Assembly (NCBI GenBank): GCA_965198225.1
Contig: CBDAOY010000009.1
Span: 160,001-224,000, forward strand
DNA from: Terriglobia bacterium
GTDB taxonomy: Bacteria; Acidobacteriota; Terriglobia; 20CM-2-55-15
Length of the DNA: 64,000 bases
Direction of reading: 5' to 3'
A program made the translations under genes and the position numbers. Positions 49,018-59,220 of this stretch are shown here, one piece after another; position 1 is the first letter of the stretch, and each line of letters starts with the position of its first letter. Under the pieces are notes generated by a model. It saw only the letters and a list, made by a program, of their open reading frames with translations. It was not told the origin of the DNA and did not search any database.

Positions 49018-51795
49018 CTACTGGTCTTGCCGGCCACCCTCCAGGGTCACAGGCTCGGCACGACCGTAGTAGATGCCGTTGAAGAGGAACTTGAAGGTTC
49101 CGTGTGGTTGCGCGCGGAACACGACTTCGGGACCGAACAGGAAAAGCTTTCCCCGGCCGACGTTCGCGTCTATGACTGCGATCGTATCCTCCAGGTAGCC
49201 TTCTCCCCAGGCCCATCCGCTGCGGAGCGAATCCGGGCCGAACCACGCGACGGCTTCGACTCCCTGCTTGGCGGCACCGGGATCCAGCCGGAACGCCTGG
49301 CTTCTCTGGAAGAACAGGTCGACTTCAGAGGGCAGCCCGAACGCCAGCGGGTTGGAGTTGTCGACCTGCGCCCGAAGGACGGACCCCGGCACGTAGAACT
49401 TCTCCCGTGGCAGCGGGCGCTCCCCCCCGTCAGGCAGCTTCTCGACGAGTGCGTCGGAAATGGGCAACCCGAGGTGCTGGGCCAGGATTGTCGAATCTCC
49501 GATCGCCAGCACCGTGCCGCCGGCCTCGAGGAACTCTTTGATCCTGGGAACGGTCTGGCTGACGGTCACGGCACCGAGGGAGTCCTCGTACTCTTCGGGC
49601 AGAAGCTCGGGGGGGTCGCCCTCGCTCGGGTCCCGGGCGGGAATGCCCCCGTCGACAAAAATCAGGACATCGAATCGCTCCGACAGGTTTTCTTCGTCGA
49701 GCGCCTGCGCATAGACGACCTCGTGCGGAAACTCGAAGTTCTCCAGCATGAAACGCGTCCAGCCGGACGGCATCGAGCCGCCGTACCGATCCCACAAACC
49801 GACACGCAGGCTGCGCAGCATCAGCGCGTCGCTCTCCGGCTCCGACGCCGTCGCCTCGAAGTTCAGACCGACCTCATCCGCGAGTGCGGCCAGCTTGTCG
49901 GCGGTTCCCGCCTTCGCGCGGATATACATGGTGCCCATCGGATAGGTCTTCCCGTTCGCCGCGACGGGCTCTCGCAACCAGTAGACATCTTCGTTTCCAC
50001 CGGTCAGCCGGTTTACGGCGACGAAAGCGTCGTTGACCGCATGGGTCAGGAAAAAGCCGGAGGCATTGTTCAACTCTGTAATGCGGCCCGAGGGCGCTTC
50101 GGCAAAACCTTCGATCTTCTCGAAAGGCCCGTCAAACCCCTCCATGATCCGATCGAATTCCACACCCATCTGGTAGATCAGGGTCCATCCGGTCGTGTCG
50201 TAGGGCGGTGTCGGGGGAGCTCCCGGAAAAGCGAAGTCGTTCGGGTAGTCCTGCGGCTCGAACATGTCGAGCACATGGGGCCGGAAAGCCTGGGCCGCTT
50301 TGACGACGTATGACCCGGCGGGGTAGCTCTTTCCGTCGACCTCGAAATCAGCTGTCGCACGGTGGATGGCGACGCCGTTTTTGATCAGGACGTTGACGAA
50401 CTTCGTCGCGGTAAGGAAGTCGGCCTGGTCGGCCGCGATGATGTAGCCGCGCGGGTCGCGCAGCTCCGGATCGCGCATCATCTGGTAATAGCGGCTAAGG
50501 TCCGGACCTCCGCCGCGCCCGCCACGGCCTCCGCGCTGAACCTCATCGGCATCCATCTGGGCTTCGACCCGGGCCACACGATCGGGACTGATCGTCCAGC
50601 TGTCGCGGTTCCCGCGCTCGATCGAATTCATTCCCATCCGCCATATGTTGAACAGGAGGGTGTCGCGGTTGCGCGACGCGTAGTCGAGGACGGCTCGATT
50701 CGCGGTGATCGAATAGTCGATCGACTGGCGGAAATGCCACGTCTGCGGGGCGATCGGGGCGGGATAGTCGCCTTTCGGCAACTGCTTCTCGACGACGAAC
50801 GGGATCTCCATCGGAGTGGGGTTGCCGATCGTTTCGGTCAGCAATCCGATCATGTTGTGGAAATACGGACTGGTGCGCAGCCCGCCGTTCCACCAGGTCG
50901 AATAGGTCGCTCCCGAACGCATCGTCGCGCCCGGCTTGCCTTCGGCCAGAAACCGGCTGTGCATCGCACCTGCGACCTGGTCAAGGCTCGTAACCACGAG
51001 GGGGTCGTAGTTGTAGTTGAAGGGATCGCGGAATGGCGGAGCGAACAGAACAGTACCCCGGGGACCTGTCTGGTGGTGATTGTAGACGATCTGGGGGAAC
51101 CACTCGCGGTAGAGAATCCGGTTGATGGCTTCCGATTCGGGTTGGGACGACATGTAGAAATCCCGGTTGTTATCGTGCCCGGTGTACTTCTGGTAGAGGC
51201 GCGGCAGTCCGGAAGTGGAACGTTCCTCCGGCACCGGGTTCCGCATGTACCAGTTCGAAACCAGCTCCAGGCCGTCGGGGTTTACGCATGTCGCCAGGAC
51301 GATCGTGTCGCGGAGGAAGCGCATGGTCTCGTCGTCGGTCCGGCTGACCAACTGGTACACCAGCTCCATCAGCTGCTGGGCTCCGAGCACCTCGGTGGCA
51401 TGCAGCCCGCCGTCGATCCATACCACCGGCTTGCCCTCGACCGACAGCTCGCGTGCTTCCCCCTCGCTGACGCCTTCGGCCAGGGCGAGGCGGCGGGAGA
51501 TTTCCTTGTAACGATCCAGATTGGGTTGGTTTTCCGCTGCCGTGATCGTCGCCATGTATATCGGCCGCCCCTCGGCGGTGTTGCCGATGACCTCCAGCCT
51601 CATCCGGTCGGACTCCTCGGCCAGCCTCTGCCAGTAGGCTTCGAGCTGCGTGTAGTTCGCCAGCTGGTAGTCGTCCCCGAGATTGAAACCGAACTCCTCG
51701 AGCGGTGTCGTGATGGTCTGGGCCGAGGCGCCGGTCACAAGAAGCATCAGGACGAGAGGCAGGACGGTCGACAGACGATTCGTTTGAGAAAACAT
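49018..51795 (-). CDS. M14 zinc carboxypeptidase family protein
   Basis: GGLHATE (HxxE), NPDG, GHDNNRD, NHHQ; signal peptide. Confidence 0.9.
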   Translation of the reverse strand: MFSQTNRLSTVLPLVLMLLVTGASAQTITTPLEEFGFNLGDDYQLANYTQLEAYWQRLAEESDRMRLEVIGNTAEGRPIYMATITAAENQPNLDRYKEISRRLALAEGVSEGEARELSVEGKPVVWIDGGLHATEVLGAQQLMELVYQLVSRTDDETMRFLRDTIVLATCVNPDGLELVSNWYMRNPVPEERSTSGLPRLYQKYTGHDNNRDFYMSSQPESEAINRILYREWFPQIVYNHHQTGPRGTVLFAPPFRDPFNYNYDPLVVTSLDQVAGAMHSRFLAEGKPGATMRSGATYSTWWNGGLRTSPYFHNMIGLLTETIGNPTPMEIPFVVEKQLPKGDYPAPIAPQTWHFRQSIDYSITANRAVLDYASRNRDTLLFNIWRMGMNSIERGNRDSWTISPDRVARVEAQMDADEVQRGGRGGRGGGPDLSRYYQMMRDPELRDPRGYIIAADQADFLTATKFVNVLIKNGVAIHRATADFEVDGKSYPAGSYVVKAAQAFRPHVLDMFEPQDYPNDFAFPGAPPTPPYDTTGWTLIYQMGVEFDRIMEGFDGPFEKIEGFAEAPSGRITELNNASGFFLTHAVNDAFVAVNRLTGGNEDVYWLREPVAANGKTYPMGTMYIRAKAGTADKLAALADEVGLNFEATASEPESDALMLRSLRVGLWDRYGGSMPSGWTRFMLENFEFPHEVVYAQALDEENLSERFDVLIFVDGGIPARDPSEGDPPELLPEEYEDSLGAVTVSQTVPRIKEFLEAGGTVLAIGDSTILAQHLGLPISDALVEKLPDGGERPLPREKFYVPGSVLRAQVDNSNPLAFGLPSEVDLFFQRSQAFRLDPGAAKQGVEAVAWFGPDSLRSGWAWGEGYLEDTIAVIDANVGRGKLFLFGPEVVFRAQPHGTFKFLFNGIYYGRAEPVTLEGGRQDQ

Positions 51796-51965
51796 GGATC
51801 CCCCTTGGATGTTGCGGAAAGGACGTATCGGTGAAGTACATAATTGTAAGGCAGGAAGTGACGAGAGACGAGTGACAAGTGGAGGGAAGACTGGCTAGCG
51901 GCCAGTCTTCCGTAGGCCGTTGCCCGTAGGCCGTTGTTGTCGGACGGTCTACCAAATCCGGCACT

Positions 51966-52240
51966 CTAGTGACCTGTAACAATGCTATCGGTACCAGCGT
52001 TCGGCGGAACGGCGTCGGATTCTAGGAGTGACGCTCGAGCCAATGCTGTTTCATTGCGAGGGCGTTACGATACCGAAGACGGCGCCGTTCCGCCGAACCC
52101 TTCGGGCCGATGGGGGTTGCGGGCGATCTCTTTGTCGGAAGCCGTCACCGATGAAGGAGCATCGCTTTCCGTCTCCCTCCTCGACCTCGCCCGCAAGACC
52201 CATCGGCGATGGTGCCGATAGCACTGTTACAGGCCACTAA
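51966..52240 (-). mobile_element. Family A copy 5 (275 bp, inverted relative to copy 3)
   Basis: CTAGTGACCTGTAAC ... GTTACAGGCCACTAA; near-identical to copy 3. Confidence 0.92.
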
Positions 52241-52290
52241 TGAGTGATCACTGACGACTCGGTCCGCTAGTTGTGTTAAAAAAGCGGGTC

Positions 52291-52617
52291 ATGCCCTTTG
52301 ATCCGGCGCTGCGCCACCTGATCGCAAACTTCCGTCGGTCCCCCGCCTGGGACCAGGAGCTGGACCTGCGGCTGCTGCGGGCGCTGTGGCCGAAGATCGT
52401 CGGGCCAGCCCTGGGACAATCAACAATGTACCGAAACGCCACATCCTCGTACGTCGCTCGGATCGACGGGGCAAGGGTCGTCATCCGGGTGCCGGATCAG
52501 ACCTGGGAGAAACAGCTTCGGTCGATCCGCTCCAGGCTGATCCGGAAGATAAACGAGCCTTGGCCCAATACCTGGATCACGGAGATTGGATTCATCCATG
52601 AAAATAAGCGCAACTGA
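52291..52617 (+). CDS. DUF721/DciA family protein
   Basis: WPKIVGPAL, VPDQTWEKQL, LIRKIN, ITEI.F. Confidence 0.7.
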   Translation: MPFDPALRHLIANFRRSPAWDQELDLRLLRALWPKIVGPALGQSTMYRNATSSYVARIDGARVVIRVPDQTWEKQLRSIRSRLIRKINEPWPNTWITEIGFIHENKRN

Positions 52618-52879
52618 CGTCGAGTACGTCGCCCAACTGGCGAACCTCGAAGTCGAGGATGACGAGAAACAACGACTGGCGGACCAGTTGAGCCGAATCG
52701 TCGACTACGTCGAGCAACTCGAGGGCCTCGACACGGAACACGTCGAGCCCACCTCCCAGGTGAACGCCGAAGTCCCGCATGTCGTTCGCGAAGACCGGGT
52801 CGAACCCCGTACCGGAAGCTCCGAAGCAGCCACCAGAGTCGGCCTGTTCAAGGTGCCCCGGGTGATCACCGAGCGATGA
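52598..52879 (+). CDS. gatC: Asp/Glu-tRNA amidotransferase subunit C
   Basis: [30 protein letters not shown]. Confidence 0.93.
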   Translation: MKISATDVEYVAQLANLEVEDDEKQRLADQLSRIVDYVEQLEGLDTEHVEPTSQVNAEVPHVVREDRVEPRTGSSEAATRVGLFKVPRVITER

Positions 52880-54330
52880 AGCTGAGGGACCTCACGATCG
52901 ACGAGCTCGGCGCTCTCTACCGGAATCGGGAGGTTGGGGTCACCGAGGTCGTCGGGGCTCTGTACGAGGAAATCGATCAGGTCGACGACGATCTCCACGT
53001 CTATCTCACGACCTGCCGGGAGGCGGCGCTGGGGGAGGCCAGGCGTGTCGATGAGAAGATCGAGGCGCTTGAGGCCGGGGAATCTCTACCGCCGCTTGCC
53101 GGGATCCCCGTCGCCGTCAAGGACAACATGGCAATCCGAGATGTCCGGACGACGTGCGGTTCCCGCATACTCGAAGACTACCTACCACCGTATACGTCAA
53201 CCGCGGTCGAGCGGCTGCGCGACGCAGGTGCGATCGTCGTCGGCAAAACCAATATGGATGAGTTCGCGATGGGCTCATCGACCGAGAACTCCGGTTTCTC
53301 TCCCACCCGCAACCCGCATGATCGCGACCGCGTCCCGGGAGGGTCGAGCGGCGGTTCGGCCGCCGGCGTCGCGGCAGGTCTCTCGCTGGTCTCGCTGGGT
53401 TCCGATACCGGAGGGTCGATCCGTCAGCCGGCCTCGTTCTGTGGAGTCGTCGGTCTGAAACCGACGTACGGCCGGGTCTCCCGCTACGGCCTTGTCGCTT
53501 TCGCGTCGTCGTTGGATCAGATCGGTCCGCTTTCAAAGACAGTCCGCGAATCGGCCCAATTGCTCGGAGCCATATCGGGTTTCGATCCACTCGATTCCAC
53601 GTCCGCTGACGTTCCGACCGATGAATGGACTGCATCTCTGGAAGAAAAGGTCGACCGAACCCGGATCGGAATCCCGAAGGAGTATTTCATCGAGGGTCTC
53701 GATGCCGAGGTGAAGGATCAGGTGGAGAAGGGGATCAAGCTGTTGGAAGCAATCGGTTGCCGTGTGGAGGAAGTCAGCCTCCCTCACACCGAATTCGCCG
53801 TTGCGACCTACTACCTGATCGCCACGGCCGAAGCCAGTTCCAACCTGGCACGCTACGACGGCGTGCGGTACGGGCTCCGTGTGTCGGAGGGTGGCGGCCT
53901 TCAGGAGATGTACCGCCGCACGCGGATGAGCGGTTTCGGCGCGGAAGTCAAACGGCGCATCCTCCTGGGTACCTACGCGCTGAGCGCCGGATACTATGAC
54001 GCGTACTATCTCAAGGCACAGAAGGTCAGAACGCTCATACTGCGCGACTTTCGGGAAGCCTTCGAGAAAGTCGACCTGATCGTCACCCCGACGGCCCCCA
54101 CGACCGCCTTCAAGATCGGCGAGAAGACCGACGACCCTCTGGCGATGTACCTTTCCGACATTTTTACCATCACCTGTAACCTTGCCGGCCTGCCCGGCAT
54201 CTCCGTGCCGTGCGGCAAGGATTCGGCTGGAATGCCTGTCGGCATGCAATTGATAGGGAACCACTTCCGTGAAGATCAGGTGCTTCGGACCGCACACCAC
54301 TTTGAAGAAGCCGGTGGTTTCGGACAATAG
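52876..54330 (+). CDS. gatA: Asp/Glu-tRNA amidotransferase subunit A
   Basis: [53 protein letters not shown]. Confidence 0.97.
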   Translation: MKLRDLTIDELGALYRNREVGVTEVVGALYEEIDQVDDDLHVYLTTCREAALGEARRVDEKIEALEAGESLPPLAGIPVAVKDNMAIRDVRTTCGSRILEDYLPPYTSTAVERLRDAGAIVVGKTNMDEFAMGSSTENSGFSPTRNPHDRDRVPGGSSGGSAAGVAAGLSLVSLGSDTGGSIRQPASFCGVVGLKPTYGRVSRYGLVAFASSLDQIGPLSKTVRESAQLLGAISGFDPLDSTSADVPTDEWTASLEEKVDRTRIGIPKEYFIEGLDAEVKDQVEKGIKLLEAIGCRVEEVSLPHTEFAVATYYLIATAEASSNLARYDGVRYGLRVSEGGGLQEMYRRTRMSGFGAEVKRRILLGTYALSAGYYDAYYLKAQKVRTLILRDFREAFEKVDLIVTPTAPTTAFKIGEKTDDPLAMYLSDIFTITCNLAGLPGISVPCGKDSAGMPVGMQLIGNHFREDQVLRTAHHFEEAGGFGQ

Positions 54331-54435
54331 TGGCAAATATGAGGGTTCCTTGATTTCCCTCTTGTTTTCTTCGCACCTGGAGACGAAAAGTAGGAGAATC
54401 GAAGGTACCCCACTTTCGGGATAGGAGAATATCGG

Positions 54436-55038
54436 ATGATCCGTCAGTCGCAGTCCAAGACAACCACACCCTCGGGAACGACCTGGGCCGTTCTGCTAAT
54501 CGGGGCGCTCCTTTTGTCACCGGTCACGCTTGGCGCTCAGTCGGCTTCCAAGATCGGGGTCATCAATCTTGCGCAGGCCGTCGAAACAAGCGCCGAAGGC
54601 CGACAGGCCGCCGAGCAATGGACGGCCCGGATGACGGAACGAACCGCCGAGATCCAGGCCAAGCAGCAGGAGTTGGTTGCCGCGCAGCAGCAAGTGCAAA
54701 CGCCCGAACCGGGAGCCTCGGAAGCACAACTGCTTATGCTGAACCGCAACATCGAGCGGATGACAACCGACCTGAACCGGCTGAACGAAGACGTCGACCT
54801 CGAGTTGAACGCGCTTCGACAGGAACTTCTGATTCCGATCACCGCGAAGGTCGATCAGGCCATAGCGGTCTATGCCCAGGAAAACGGTTTTACGCTGATC
54901 ATCGACTCGTCCAACCCGCAGAGCGGCCTGCTTTTTGTAGAGGACATCGCGGATATCACGACGGAGATCATCCGCCGCGTGGATGCCATGTCGGCGGAGC
55001 CTCCGCCTCCTGGACCGGGCCCCGGACCCCACCGCTAG
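54436..55038 (+). CDS. skp: OmpH/Skp periplasmic chaperone
   Basis: Signal peptide, KIGVIN, coiled coil, YAQENGFTLIID, DITTEII. Confidence 0.85.
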   Translation: MIRQSQSKTTTPSGTTWAVLLIGALLLSPVTLGAQSASKIGVINLAQAVETSAEGRQAAEQWTARMTERTAEIQAKQQELVAAQQQVQTPEPGASEAQLLMLNRNIERMTTDLNRLNEDVDLELNALRQELLIPITAKVDQAIAVYAQENGFTLIIDSSNPQSGLLFVEDIADITTEIIRRVDAMSAEPPPPGPGPGPHR

Positions 55039-55092
55039 TTTGACCCGTTGGCCGCTGCGTTCCGAGTGCCCATTACCGACTGCTGAGACTCT

Positions 55093-56277
55093 ATGCTGCG
55101 ACTAGCCCTTGTCCTTGCCACGCTCACCGTGGCCGCCTGCGGCGGAAACGAACCTACGGAAATTCCGGAATTGCCGCCGGTTGCAGAGAGCGCTCCCACC
55201 TCGGTCGGTGGAGCTCCGGATTACCGCGTGATCGACGTGTCCGGCGGAGGGCGCATAGGGGGCACGATCCTGGTGTCCGGCGGGATCCCATCACTGCCCG
55301 TCCGTGATGTCAACCGCGACCCTGAGGTCTGCGGTGGAGACGATCGCGAACCGCTCGAGCTCATCGTTGCCGAAGAGGGAGGCCTGGCAAATGTCGTGGT
55401 ACTGCTGGAAGGCATCACCGAAGGCAAGCCGATGCCGGAACCGGAAGCTGGATGGAGGATCAATCAGTCGGGATGCGACTATTCCCCTCACGTCCAGGTC
55501 GTGCCGACAAACGTGAACTTCAGCATCGTCAACAGCGACCCGATACTCCACAACATCCACACCTACCTGAACGATGAAACGGAGTTCAACATCGCCCAGC
55601 CGGTTCAGAACCAGACCAACACGCACACCTTCACGACGGCCGGCTTCGTCTACACCGAATGCGATATCCATTCCTGGATGCAGGCGCACATCGTCGCGGT
55701 GGACAGCCCTTACTTTGCAATCACCGATGACACCGGCAGTTTCCTGATCGACGGTGTTCCTCCCGGAACCTACACAGCCCGGATCTGGCACGAGTTTCTC
55801 GGTGAACGAACGGCTGAAGTCACAGTTTCGCGCCGCGCTGATACCACCCTGGACGCGGACCTCCGGGACCTGCTCGACGAGAGGATGCCACCACCCGTCA
55901 CGGCGGCACCGCCGGAAACGGGCCCCACGGAACCCGCGGACGGCCCCGCTGCGGCCGAACCCGCCGTCGTGATCGTTGAAATGCAGAGTCAGGGATCGCG
56001 CTTTCAGTTCGTCCCGGCGGAAATCACGATTACAGTCGGTACCACGGTGCAGTGGGTCAACACATCCCGAAACCGCCACTCCTCTACGACCGATCCCCAG
56101 TTCGAGAAGCAAACGGGACAAGCCATCCTGCCTCCTGGTGTCGAGCCGTGGGCTTCGGTGTTTTTGGGCAACGGTCAGACCTTCCAGAGGACCTTCGACA
56201 CCCCCGGTGAATACCGCTACTTCTGCCGGAACCATGAACAGTTCGGTATGGTGGGGACGATAACCGTCGAGCCCTAG
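55093..56277 (+). CDS. Lipoprotein with cupredoxin-like, carboxypeptidase-regulatory and plastocyanin domains
   Basis: VAAC lipobox; DPILHNIH...CDIHSWM; H...YFCRNHEQFGM. Confidence 0.8.
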   Translation: MLRLALVLATLTVAACGGNEPTEIPELPPVAESAPTSVGGAPDYRVIDVSGGGRIGGTILVSGGIPSLPVRDVNRDPEVCGGDDREPLELIVAEEGGLANVVVLLEGITEGKPMPEPEAGWRINQSGCDYSPHVQVVPTNVNFSIVNSDPILHNIHTYLNDETEFNIAQPVQNQTNTHTFTTAGFVYTECDIHSWMQAHIVAVDSPYFAITDDTGSFLIDGVPPGTYTARIWHEFLGERTAEVTVSRRADTTLDADLRDLLDERMPPPVTAAPPETGPTEPADGPAAAEPAVVIVEMQSQGSRFQFVPAEITITVGTTVQWVNTSRNRHSSTTDPQFEKQTGQAILPPGVEPWASVFLGNGQTFQRTFDTPGEYRYFCRNHEQFGMVGTITVEP

Positions 56278-56466
56278 GACAACTGGTACGCAAAGATCGA
56301 TTCTGTCCGAAAGCCCCTTTTTGGAATCGGTTTGGTCACCTCCCGGCCTCCACGTATCCCGGGTAGGCCAAGCGTGCCTTCGCGAGTATCAAGCCGATCA
56401 AGCGACGGGCCTCGGCACCCGGCTTTTCGGCAGCCTGTTATGTGTCAATGCAATACGAGATAAAGA

Positions 56467-56925
56467 ATGGGCAAAGACTCTAGTGTTTCCAGAAAGATCA
56501 AGAATCCGGAAGTCGCTGCTGTTTTTAGATCTTATCCAAGAAATACGAGAGCGAAATTAATGTTTCTTCGCCAATTGATATTCGATACCGCAGCGGAAAC
56601 AGAAGGTGTCGGAGAATTGGAAGAGACTCTTAAATGGGGAGAGCCAAGCTATTTAACCCCGAAAACAAAAAGTGGGAGTACTGTCAGAATAGATTGGAAA
56701 GAATCTCAAGATGGGCAGTACGCAATCTACTTTAAATGCACAAGTCATCTGGTCCCAACATTTAGAGAAAGATATCCAACGGAATTTAAGTATGGAGGAA
56801 GTAGAAGCATTATTTTCTACGAGGACGATGAAATTCCTGTAAGAGAACTAAAGGATTGTATTGCCTTAGCCTTAACTTACCATCTCAATAAAAAACTAAC
56901 GAAGCGTGCAAATCGGACGAATTAG
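56467..56925 (+). CDS. DUF1801 family protein (AT-rich, gene cassette)
   Basis: LEETLKWGEPSY, GSTVRIDWK, CIALALTYH. Confidence 0.85.
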   Translation: MGKDSSVSRKIKNPEVAAVFRSYPRNTRAKLMFLRQLIFDTAAETEGVGELEETLKWGEPSYLTPKTKSGSTVRIDWKESQDGQYAIYFKCTSHLVPTFRERYPTEFKYGGSRSIIFYEDDEIPVRELKDCIALALTYHLNKKLTKRANRTN

Positions 56926-56929
56926 GATC

Positions 56930-57047
56930 ACACAACAATCGCGTGCAAGGGATCTTCCCCCGCGCCTTTTGCGAAAATCTTATGTGGACCGATCGTCGGG
57001 CCTTCCAGGTTCGTCGCCTGTCAAGACCCCTGATACAGGAGTCAGCG
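56930..57047 (+). other. Degenerate attC-like site
   Basis: R'' ACACAAC, spacer AATCG, L'' CGTGCAAG..., L' CCTGATA, R' GTCAGCG; R'' mirrors GTTATGT at 56437. Confidence 0.6.
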
Positions 57048-57118
57048 GAAGTTAAGAGTCGCTCGTGAACCGGAGGTCGAAGCTTGCGGAACCAAAGAAC
57101 TCAAATATAGACGAATCG

Positions 57119-57955
57119 ATGACGAATAAGATGTACGCGGCTGACGTGAGTCAGATTCTCGCTACGCGTCATGACAACGGCGCAGACTATTGGGCAACCC
57201 CGGACGGGCGGATTGGCGTGGGCGGCCCTTTCAGTACCCTTGATTCGCTGCTCATTCTCAGTGAGCTCGGAGTGCCGAAGTCTCACGAAGGGCTCAAGGG
57301 CGCTGCAGAGCTTGTCCTCGATGCGTGCGGAGAAGATGGTCGTGTGCGTGTCGCGCCGAAGGGCACGATCTACCCATGCCATACTGCCATCGTCGCCGCA
57401 GCGCTCTGCCGCAACGGCTATACACGTGACAAGCGAGTGAAGGCAATGCTCGAACACCTGTTGTCAAACCGATTCGAAGACGGCGGCTGGCGGTGCATGA
57501 AGTTTTCCGGCGGACGAGGCCCCGAAACCGACTACTCCAACCCTGGTGTCACTCTTTTTGCTTTAGACGCTTTTCGATGTGCTGGGATGAACGAGGGCTC
57601 TCGAGACCTTAACCGGGCCGTCGAGACGCTCCTCGATCACTGGAGGGTTCGCGGGCCGACGGGGCCCTGTCACTTCGGTATCGGTACGCTGTTCATGCAG
57701 ATAGAGTACCCGTTCCTGCGGTACAACCTCTTCTACTACACTTACGTCCTTTCCTTTTACGCTAAAGCACGCAGGGACAAGCGGTTCAAGGAAGCGCTTG
57801 TAACGTTGAAAGAGAAGCTGGACGACCGAGGCCGAGTGGTCGTTGAGAGGCCGAATCGAAAGCTGGCCAAACTGAAGTTCTGCAGGAGGGGTAAGCCCTC
57901 CCAAGCGGCCACGAAACGCTATCGTGAAATAGTCGTGAACATCGAAGGGCGATGA
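57119..57955 (+). CDS. Prenyltransferase/squalene-cyclase-like repeat protein
   Basis: YPCHT, EDGGWRC, GPCHFGIGTLFMQIEYPF.RYN. Confidence 0.7.
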   Translation: MTNKMYAADVSQILATRHDNGADYWATPDGRIGVGGPFSTLDSLLILSELGVPKSHEGLKGAAELVLDACGEDGRVRVAPKGTIYPCHTAIVAAALCRNGYTRDKRVKAMLEHLLSNRFEDGGWRCMKFSGGRGPETDYSNPGVTLFALDAFRCAGMNEGSRDLNRAVETLLDHWRVRGPTGPCHFGIGTLFMQIEYPFLRYNLFYYTYVLSFYAKARRDKRFKEALVTLKEKLDDRGRVVVERPNRKLAKLKFCRRGKPSQAATKRYREIVVNIEGR

Positions 57956-58045
57956 CTTCCGAACCGTCCGATAGAGAGTAGGGAGTCGCCCGCGTCACAA
58001 GTGAAATAGCTGAAGAACGAAATAGGGAAATGGGGGCTCTGCCCC

Positions 58046-59125
58046 CTAATTCCCAACTCCGTTTAAAAGGTCATAGGCGCGCAGGACGGCCCGGGGGTCC
58101 ACTCCGGGGCCCTGGATGTTAGGGTAGAACCGGGTGTGCGCGGTCAGGTCCACGCGTCCGGCAGCGTCCTCGGCGGACACTCCCGCGGAATGGAGACGTC
58201 GAAGCTGGTTCCAGAGGTCGGTCAGGTAGGACTTGTAGTGCTCGATCTTCGCCTTCCCTTCAAACGGCGCTCCGTGACCGGGCAAGGCTGTGACGAAATC
58301 CAGCCCCGCGAGGGCGTCGAGCGTTTCGACCCATTCGTTCAGGTACCCGTCTCCCATGAATGAAGGGTTCGGTCCCAACAGGTCACCGGTACAAACGATG
58401 CGTTCTTCGGGAAGGTAGACGACGACGTCGCCACCCGTGTGCCCCCGTCCCAGGAAGTGCAACTGAATCTCGCGGCCGCCGCGGTAGAGGGTCATCCGCC
58501 GCTCCAGCGTGAGGTTCGGGGGCGTGGGGACAACTTCCTCGAGTGCCGCCCAATAGTTCTCCTGGACCATCAGCCGGTCTTCCAGCCCGGACCGGGCGCC
58601 AGCGTCGGTTTCCTCCGCAATCTGCTCTTTCAAGGAATCGATCTGGCCCGGGATGCCGGACGTGAAGGATTGGTAGGTTCGCTCCTCGAGGACGTTTCCT
58701 TCGAGCTTTTCCCGGGTGAACACGTGTCCGATGACTTCGACGTCGGCCGGAAAGATCTGGTTCCCGTGTGCGTGGTCGAAATGATAGTGGGTGTTGACCA
58801 CGTAGCGTACCGGCTTGTCCGTGATCGCCTTAAGCTCGTCGAGGAGCACCCATGCTGCCGCCGCCGTGATATGGGAGTCGACAAGCATGACGTCGCTCTC
58901 GTTGATGATCACGACCGAATTCGTGCCCACGTTCAGCGCTCCAGTTCCGCGCGCGTGGTAGATGCCGTCCACGATCTCGGTGAACCGGAACGCCGGACCG
59001 TCGTGCAGCGTTCCCGCCGGTCGCGGCAACGTTTGCTCGGCTTCGGACAATCCCTCAGCCCCATTACTCGTGCAACCGGTCAGGCCCAGCAGAATAATGA
59101 GCGATACAAAAACGGGTCGATTCAT
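58046..59125 (-). CDS. MBL-fold metallo-hydrolase lipoprotein
   Basis: LTGC lipobox; THYHFDHAHGN, GHTGGD, TGDL, PGHG. Confidence 0.9.
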   Translation of the reverse strand: MNRPVFVSLIILLGLTGCTSNGAEGLSEAEQTLPRPAGTLHDGPAFRFTEIVDGIYHARGTGALNVGTNSVVIINESDVMLVDSHITAAAAWVLLDELKAITDKPVRYVVNTHYHFDHAHGNQIFPADVEVIGHVFTREKLEGNVLEERTYQSFTSGIPGQIDSLKEQIAEETDAGARSGLEDRLMVQENYWAALEEVVPTPPNLTLERRMTLYRGGREIQLHFLGRGHTGGDVVVYLPEERIVCTGDLLGPNPSFMGDGYLNEWVETLDALAGLDFVTALPGHGAPFEGKAKIEHYKSYLTDLWNQLRRLHSAGVSAEDAAGRVDLTAHTRFYPNIQGPGVDPRAVLRAYDLLNGVGN

Positions 59126-59183
59126 AGCCCCTCCTCGTGACGAAGATCGCGACTAATATATAGCCCTCTGCTGGAAACGTATA

Positions 59184-59208
59184 CTAGTAGCCTGTAACAG
59201 GCCACCAG
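59184..59208. mobile_element. Collapsed (empty) family A element
   Basis: CTAGTAGCCTGTAACAGGCCACCAG = left end joined to right end through a shared ACAG. Confidence 0.7.
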
Positions 59209-59220
59209 TGCTCAAAGCGC

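Noticed and set aside
52428-52453. GTAC direct repeat around a possible in-frame 21-nt insert in the DUF721 gene
   Set aside because: A 4-bp repeat is expected by chance; needs a homolog alignment.
52876-54436. gatB absent after gatCA
   Set aside because: Split gatCA and gatB loci are common; absence from the window says nothing about the genome.
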